The translations under genes and the position numbers were made by a program. DNA of 64,000 bases from Cyanobacteria bacterium auto_48_18 (GTDB lineage: Bacteria; Cyanobacteriota; Vampirovibrionia; Obscuribacterales; Obscuribacteraceae), in contig JAVHQC010000022.1 of NCBI GenBank assembly GCA_036170915.1, forward strand, positions 96,001 to 160,000. Direction: 5' to 3'. Below the pieces are notes generated by a model. That model did not search any database. It saw nothing but the letters and a program-made list of their open reading frames with translations, and was not told the origin of the DNA. This document shows positions 58,763 to 64,000 of the stretch, one piece after another (positions within the stretch are counted from its first letter, which is position 1; the number at the start of each line of letters is the position of its first letter).

Positions 58763-59207
58763 GACAGAAGCAGAGTATCAGGAATGTATCAGAAGGCTTG
58801 AAGCAGACCGCCAGGCAATCGCAGCCCAGCGGGAACGTCTTGCCGAGATGAAATTACCAGCCGACCAGCTTGAAGTTGCTATGGAGCCCATAGTGTCCTT
58901 CCATGCTCAGTTAAAAGAAGAAGTGGAGTGGTACGAGCGTGTCAAGCGACGCGATTTTGGTGTCATGACGCACCTGACCGAGGTTGGGCCACTCTTGGTG
59001 GCATTGCGAATAGCCAATGGTCTAACTCAATCCGAATTGGCTAAACGTTTAGGTGTGGATGTCTCCCAGGTTTCGCGTGACGAACGCAATGATTACCACG
59101 GAATTTCTATTGACCGTGCAGAGCGAGTCCTGGTGGCTCTTGGCGAAGAGCTGGAAATTAGTGTTGGACGCAAAAGAGCGACCGGTGAACTAATGGCGGC
59201 TCGCTAA
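58755..59207 (+). CDS. XRE-family HTH regulator
   Basis: AGGAG RBS, ATG 58755 (MIKTEAEYQ), LRIANGLTQSELAKRLGV..SQVSRDE; overlaps the upstream stop. Confidence 0.88.
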   Translation: MIKTEAEYQECIRRLEADRQAIAAQRERLAEMKLPADQLEVAMEPIVSFHAQLKEEVEWYERVKRRDFGVMTHLTEVGPLLVALRIANGLTQSELAKRLGVDVSQVSRDERNDYHGISIDRAERVLVALGEELEISVGRKRATGELMAAR

Positions 59208-59214
59208 ACAGACG

Positions 59215-59487
59215 GGGCGCTTTGATAAATTTCGAGCGGCCGGTGATATCCGATCTCGGCAACAGCCGTATCTAAGCCACTAGAATCGAATGCACCAAAA
59301 GCGGTGCTACTAAAATCTGGCTTCTACCAGGGTGTATAAAAAGAGGGTCTGTTCTCTTCTCTATACCGGCCAAGAGTTCCCGAACTTCCAGGTCTCCAAG
59401 GCCGTCAATGAAATTGACTGGTGGGTAGCGATCGTCAGTGATGCGATATGCCGGGGCCTAATTTACCTGGGATATAGGAACTTGCAA
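59215..59487 (-). pseudogene. Decayed RES-domain toxin
   Basis: TTG directly after the antitoxin stop: MQVPISQVN*APAYRITDDRYPPVNF...IEKRTDP, then after frameshift RF.SSTAFGAF...LDTAVAEIGYHR; C-terminal half missing. Confidence 0.8.
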
Positions 59488-59874
59488 TTAGCGTCCCTTT
59501 TGTCCGGCTAAGTAGAGGCGCACCGTGTGCAATCCGATAAGTCTCTCGTCTAACATTAACTGCAAGGCTGAGCGGCCGTTGAATGGAGGAGCACTGTTTG
59601 GCTTCTTAACCCACGTATTCGCAGATTCGCTTTTGCTAAAGAGTGATTGAAGGTCTTGATGGATACCCAAGACATAGCTGATGCGGTCAAGCATGTCAGT
59701 GCCCAATGTCACTCCTTCTGGCGAGCTCCGGTAGTTGTAGAGCGTAGAAGACGCCACATCTCCAAGAAGGCGCATTTGCTCAGCCGGGGTGAGTTGCCAT
59801 TTCTCAGCCACTTTGAAAAAAGCCCTTAATGCAACTGAATCACGACTCTTCGTTTTTGGAATAGCTGCTTTCAT
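59488..59874 (-). CDS. Xre/MbcA/ParS family antitoxin
   Basis: AFFKVAEKWQL...LLG, DRISYVLGI..L..LF, WVKKPN..PPFNGRSAL.LM. Confidence 0.9.
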   Translation of the reverse strand: MKAAIPKTKSRDSVALRAFFKVAEKWQLTPAEQMRLLGDVASSTLYNYRSSPEGVTLGTDMLDRISYVLGIHQDLQSLFSKSESANTWVKKPNSAPPFNGRSALQLMLDERLIGLHTVRLYLAGQKGR

Positions 59875-59903
59875 GAAGGATTCTCTAAAATTGTAATATT
59901 TTC

Positions 59904-59932
59904 ACTATATCTCCAAATATGGACTTGCTCAA
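59904..59932 (-). promoter_or_regulatory. Promoter of the xre-res operon
   Basis: TTGAGC-17 bp-TATAGT with a TCCA-TATT-TGGA inverted repeat in the spacer. Confidence 0.6.
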
Positions 59933-60068
59933 GCGACTTCAGTATTTGAATTGATCTGTGGCATGAGTGTTTGGCTTTGAGACAGAGGTAGGTGTTAGGC
60001 TTGATTGAGATTTGGTTTAGATGAGTTTATAGGTTTAGGTCAAATAATCGTTTGCAAGGAAGTCATAC

Positions 60069-60443
60069 ATGGGTTTTTGTTTGTCGTGGCTGGGTGTTCG
60101 TAACCGAAAAGTTGAAGATATTCTGGAAATTTTGGCAGAAGAATGGGAGCGCAATCCTTGGGATAATTCTTATGAGTCTCCAATGGCTTTCATAGACCTT
60201 CAGAATGGTTGGCATGTTTTAGAAAGCTCTCCTGATACATTCTTTTTTGATAGGCCGGCACTGATCAGCAAACTTTCAAAAGGGACCGAACTTGTTGTGT
60301 GCGCAGTAAATGAACCGCAGAACATTAGCGAAGCACACAAATATTTCGATCAACAGCAGGTATGGACAATAAAGCATGATCTGCGAATGGGTCAAAATAG
60401 CCTGGTTGCAAGCGGTGAAGAGTCGGAAGCCTGCCTACAATAG
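60069..60443 (+). CDS. Hypothetical protein, possibly frameshift-truncated (alternative frame open to 60577)
   Basis: AAGGA RBS; MGFCLSW start; the -1 frame continues ...FAVAEAYCTEACGY... Confidence 0.6.
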   Translation: MGFCLSWLGVRNRKVEDILEILAEEWERNPWDNSYESPMAFIDLQNGWHVLESSPDTFFFDRPALISKLSKGTELVVCAVNEPQNISEAHKYFDQQQVWTIKHDLRMGQNSLVASGEESEACLQ

Positions 60444-60643
60444 CCATTACAATGGCCGCAGCTAATAATCAGTTTGCCGTTGCAGAAGCATATTGTACTG
60501 AAGCTTGTGGCTATTGCTCATGGACTGCCGACCCTAGAACGACTGTGTATCTGCCAATTCCTTTTCTTGTAAGTTAGCGAGAGCGATGCTGTCGGCGCCT
60601 AGAGCAAATAACAGAATTAATTCACACAAAAAAAGGCCACGAT

Positions 60644-61435
60644 ATGAAGAAAACTATTCGGGCTCAAAGTACGTGGTACCAGCCATTTTACAATGCCGGG
60701 CAGCAGGGCGTTATTGATCTAGGCTTTGTGCCGGAGAGTGACTATCCAGTTGATCTACAACCGATTACATTCGAGAATTCAAAAACTCTAACTAAGTACG
60801 AAAAGGAAAGCAACAATAGCTTAGAAAAGCGGAGATTCTACATTCCAAATGCTGCTCCAGACGTTATTGTCTTTTCGATTGCTGGCGGCTTGAATGATCG
60901 CGGATTTAGTATGAACCCATCCGTTGGGTATACCAATTTAGAAATAGCAACCATCATTATGCAGCTCAATGATAAGTGGAGATCAATCTACGAGCCTTTC
61001 GACTGGCACAATGTTTTACAACTGGGCGAGGCGTTGCCCGGTATCTTTCTCTTGAAACAAACCGATGATCAACTGGCCAAGGCCATGGACGTAGTTAATC
61101 GCCTCAAATATTTTGGGTTGGCTTGGGCCGAGAGCAATATGGGCTTGTCTAAAATTCAGAAGCGATTTCTCGAAGGTCCTGAATGCACGCCCAGAGCTAT
61201 TGCTTGTGCGCTGCACGCTCGGCGCTTCGATATCGCGCATGAGAAGCTTTTGCAGGCCTTAGCGAAACGTGAGGCAAGTATCGAAGAATGGACGAAGTAC
61301 TATCCTTCTTTGACTCGAGAGAAGATTCTTCTCGATGCTGAAAATAATTTGCAGCCCGATTATTTCTGGAGGCAAAAATATTTTGACAAAGTATTACTTG
61401 CCTGTTCAAGTCAGTCGCTTGATGGATTCGAGTAA
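60644..61435 (+). CDS. Hypothetical protein
   Basis: 263-aa ATG ORF; no firm motif. Confidence 0.7.
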   Translation: MKKTIRAQSTWYQPFYNAGQQGVIDLGFVPESDYPVDLQPITFENSKTLTKYEKESNNSLEKRRFYIPNAAPDVIVFSIAGGLNDRGFSMNPSVGYTNLEIATIIMQLNDKWRSIYEPFDWHNVLQLGEALPGIFLLKQTDDQLAKAMDVVNRLKYFGLAWAESNMGLSKIQKRFLEGPECTPRAIACALHARRFDIAHEKLLQALAKREASIEEWTKYYPSLTREKILLDAENNLQPDYFWRQKYFDKVLLACSSQSLDGFE

Positions 61436-61476
61436 ACTTTCTTTTATGGAGTCCAAGCTAACAAGGAAGTCTAGCG

Positions 61477-61908
61477 ATGCGGCAAGAAACTCTTTGGCAT
61501 GATGAGGCTTCGAAATATGGTGCTGATATAGAGCGCGTGCAGGTCTGGGACGCACTGTCGGAAATGTTTTTGGACACTGACAGATCCATTGAGGAACTTG
61601 ATGCACTGGCTGAGAAAATTGGCCGTTCACCATTTAGTTTCTCTGAACTGGGTCATATTGTTTTTTGTGAAGTCGGACCTGTCTGTTTTTCCAATACTCT
61701 ATGGTTTGTTGGAGGAGAGGGTCTTTTGTTTGAGCCGGATTGGCTAATACCCAGGTGTTTGGAGCGACAAAAGAAGAACAAATATACAGCTTCTGCTAAG
61801 CCTAATGATTTACCCATGTGGATGCATCTATCTTCGCCGTTTTTCCTTAATGCTTACTTGTTAATCTATCGCGTAGAAAGGATCCGGAATTCGCATGGCG
61901 AAAAGTAA
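61477..61908 (+). CDS. DUF7079-like hypothetical protein
   Basis: RVQVWDALSEMFLDT, SPFS..EL..I...EV.PVC..N. Confidence 0.7.
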   Translation: MRQETLWHDEASKYGADIERVQVWDALSEMFLDTDRSIEELDALAEKIGRSPFSFSELGHIVFCEVGPVCFSNTLWFVGGEGLLFEPDWLIPRCLERQKKNKYTASAKPNDLPMWMHLSSPFFLNAYLLIYRVERIRNSHGEK

Positions 61909-61945
61909 GCAGAGCAGACGGCTTTCGTGCTTGATGTTTTAAAAC

Positions 61946-62341
61946 CTAAAGACCACTCTGATAAATTTCGAGTGGCAAGTTATCCGGATCGTAGAAAAAA
62001 GTAAACTTCCGGTCGGTGTACTCGTCTACGCGAATATCCTCGGCGCTGATTCCGGCAGCACGAAGTTTTTCTAGAACAGCCGCTACATCTTCGACTTCGA
62101 AAGCCAAATGACGTAGACCGCAGGCCTCCGGATTCGTCACTCGCGCAGGCGGAGTTGGAAACGAAAATAATTCAATCTGGCTGTGCGAGCCGACTTTCAA
62201 ATCGAGTTTGTATGAAAGTCTATTCTCGCGATAGACTTCTTGCAAAATTTCAAAACCAAGTATTTCTGTGTAAAAACGCTTGGAGACTTCATAGTCAGAG
62301 CAGATAATGGCTACATGGTGAATTTTGCTATTTCTTAGCAT
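61946..62341 (-). CDS. VOC/glyoxalase I-like metalloprotein (YaeR type)
   Basis: IHHVAIICSDY..SK.FY, IELFSF, GLRHLAF, FFYDPD.LPLE; AGGAG RBS. Confidence 0.93.
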   Translation of the reverse strand: MLRNSKIHHVAIICSDYEVSKRFYTEILGFEILQEVYRENRLSYKLDLKVGSHSQIELFSFPTPPARVTNPEACGLRHLAFEVEDVAAVLEKLRAAGISAEDIRVDEYTDRKFTFFYDPDNLPLEIYQSGL

Positions 62342-62380
62342 TTCTACTCCTTCTAAGCCAAGGCGACCGCACCTTTGTCC

Positions 62381-62902
62381 TTAAAGGCATTGCACGTCGC
62401 CATCAACAAGAGTCGGCCAACATATGACGGAGCCTTTGAATATGTTTATTCTCCACGCAGGCCCGGTTGAGACCTTGCCGTCCATCCGAGATATTCGAAT
62501 AGAGACATCTGTTAGAAATTCCATGCGGTGGATCTCTGTTCCGTTCGGCGTGGGCTTCGTATCAAAGCATAGCTCGCCTGACTCCTGTAATTTATTTGCA
62601 TGGCCAAACTTGTCTACTTCAAACCACTCCCATGCAAATGATTTGTATCCGGCATGATGACCACTTAAGCCAAATCCATTGCAATCTGGAGTTTCTAATA
62701 TGTCAGCGGCATCGGCAAGACTGAAAGTAAAGAATCCGTCCAAATCAATTTGCTTGTCAAAAAAGTCTTCAACAGGCTCGATTTTCACGTCGCTAATTTG
62801 CAAAGTTTTCTCACCGCTCGATAAAAGTTCCTTGGCTGCGGTGTCGTATATGGCCCATTTGAGAGAGCCTATTGGATTGTGGGGGGTGATCTTGTTTATC
62901 AT
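62381..62902 (-). CDS. Hypothetical protein
   Basis: ORF with FAWEWF; ATG 62902 preferred because it avoids overlap with the divergent gene. Confidence 0.6.
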   Translation of the reverse strand: MINKITPHNPIGSLKWAIYDTAAKELLSSGEKTLQISDVKIEPVEDFFDKQIDLDGFFTFSLADAADILETPDCNGFGLSGHHAGYKSFAWEWFEVDKFGHANKLQESGELCFDTKPTPNGTEIHRMEFLTDVSIRISRMDGKVSTGPAWRINIFKGSVICWPTLVDGDVQCL

Positions 62903-62938
62903 AGAAGTAAGTATTGCATTTTCTTCAAAGGGCAATCT

Positions 62939-63493
62939 ATGACAAACCTTCAATCTCCCGAGTGGAAAGCTTTGGGTTCGAATGCACTAAAGCTCATCGA
63001 GTCGCAAAAGTTAGAGCAATTGGGCGATGAATCTCGCAAGTTCGAGCCGTTGATTAGGCTTTGGAAATATCCAAGCTTTGGAAGGCACGTTAGCCTGACC
63101 ATTTTTCGCGAGCGCGGCGATGTTTTAACGGACAATTTTGTTATCAAGCAAGTAACCTGGGATCGCCCCGCCGATGCTCAGCGTTTCTCAGATCCTCTTA
63201 TTGGTCTTAAGCATCCGTTTGGATTTTCGGATAAGCCATCAGTTGAACTCAGAGAAGTGAAATGTCAATCGCACATTCTGAGAACTCACTTGCACTCTTT
63301 AGCGCTGCTCAATGTAAGGCCTTTTTCGCTGGCTGGAGGGGTGAGCATCGATGGTATTCAGGAAGGTATCGACTTCGTGTGGTATTCGCACCGCTGCTTA
63401 ATAAAGTTTCAAGATACTGATGAATCAGAATTTTTTATCGAGTTCAAATTATGGCGAAGCAAATTTATGGATATCGCAATGAGCTTCCTCTAA
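62939..63493 (+). CDS. Hypothetical protein
   Basis: LWKYPSF, QVTWD, SIDG; ATG 62939 preferred. Confidence 0.6.
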   Translation: MTNLQSPEWKALGSNALKLIESQKLEQLGDESRKFEPLIRLWKYPSFGRHVSLTIFRERGDVLTDNFVIKQVTWDRPADAQRFSDPLIGLKHPFGFSDKPSVELREVKCQSHILRTHLHSLALLNVRPFSLAGGVSIDGIQEGIDFVWYSHRCLIKFQDTDESEFFIEFKLWRSKFMDIAMSFL

Positions 63494-63520
63494 CGTCGAA
63501 TAGCTACTCCGCCTGGATAT

Positions 63521-64000
63521 TTAGTTTTGGTTTAGAGGATTTAGAGTTTTAGTCTTTTCGTAAACCACATCACCGTCAATCATCGTCCAAACAACTTTAG
63601 CCCCTGCAATTTCACTCGCCGGCAATTCAAATATATTCTTATCAAACATCACGAGATCTGCACTTTTGCCTGTCTCCAGGCTACCGGTCTGCCCTTCGCT
63701 ATGATTAACGTAAGCACCACCAGTAGTGTAGGCTCGCACAATATCCTGAAGCTCAATTTTTTGATCAGCATTAAGCGGTGGTACTTGCTTCAACGCCTCA
63801 AAGTTTTTTGCACCTTTATTTGCCAGTTCATAACTCTGTCTGGTCACTGCTACTTGTATGGCATCCAGCGGGTTTAGAGTTGAGACAGTCCAATCAGATC
63901 CGGCAGCTAATCGTGCGCCACCGTTCTTCAAACTGTTAAACGGATACACCCGCGCCATGCGTTCGGCACCCAGCAAAGGTGCTGTCAGTTCTTTGATGTA
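63521..64000 (-). CDS. Amidohydrolase_3 (YtcJ-like) protein, C-terminal part; N-terminus beyond the window
   Basis: AAGSDW.V, AVTR, AYT..GAY, GSLE.GK.ADLV..D.NI, V.WT..DG.VVY. Confidence 0.9.
   Translation of the reverse strand, partial: YIKELTAPLLGAERMARVYPFNSLKNGGARLAAGSDWTVSTLNPLDAIQVAVTRQSYELANKGAKNFEALKQVPPLNADQKIELQDIVRAYTTGGAYVNHSEGQTGSLETGKSADLVMFDKNIFELPASEIAGAKVVWTMIDGDVVYEKTKTLNPLNQN

Noticed and set aside
54500..63500. Prophage or ICE
   Set aside because: No integrase, structural, replication or conjugation genes, and no tRNA/att site seen

Overview
Bacterial chromosomal window with no rRNA, tRNA, CRISPR array, integrase or transposase that I could see. Gene content suggests Candidatus Obscuribacterales (Melainabacteria/Vampirovibrionia); this is an inference from the expanded Hanks-type kinases, LRR proteins, DUF6088 and Tad genes. 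Left to right: (1) HTTM / Tat-DUF362 / alpha-alpha-toroid operon; (2) Tad/Flp pilus locus (two pilins, cpaB, cpaE, cpaF, tadB, tadC, DUF192; no secretin or prepilin peptidase here); (3) a convergent glycosylation cluster interrupted by DUF6088, whose epimerase has a stop at codon 5; (4) a transglutaminase, a ~340-bp direct duplication with DUF5076-like genes, and a membrane spermidine-synthase-like protein; (5) a cryptic papain-like protease with a partner gene; (6) TPR protein, OmpR regulator, dinB, galT-galK; (7) a signalling-rich block with four Ser/Thr kinases (two with LRR ectodomains, one fused to a receiver domain next to a hybrid His kinase) plus two free LRR proteins sharing the same cap module; (8) a compact three-gene ATP-grasp / adenylate-forming ligase / TauD dioxygenase operon, my best candidate for an undescribed pathway; (9) a variable right end with toxin-antitoxin and immunity-like genes, including DUF6932-HTH with a palindromic operator and an Xre/MbcA antitoxin with a decayed RES toxin. 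All family calls come from motif recognition by eye, not database searches.
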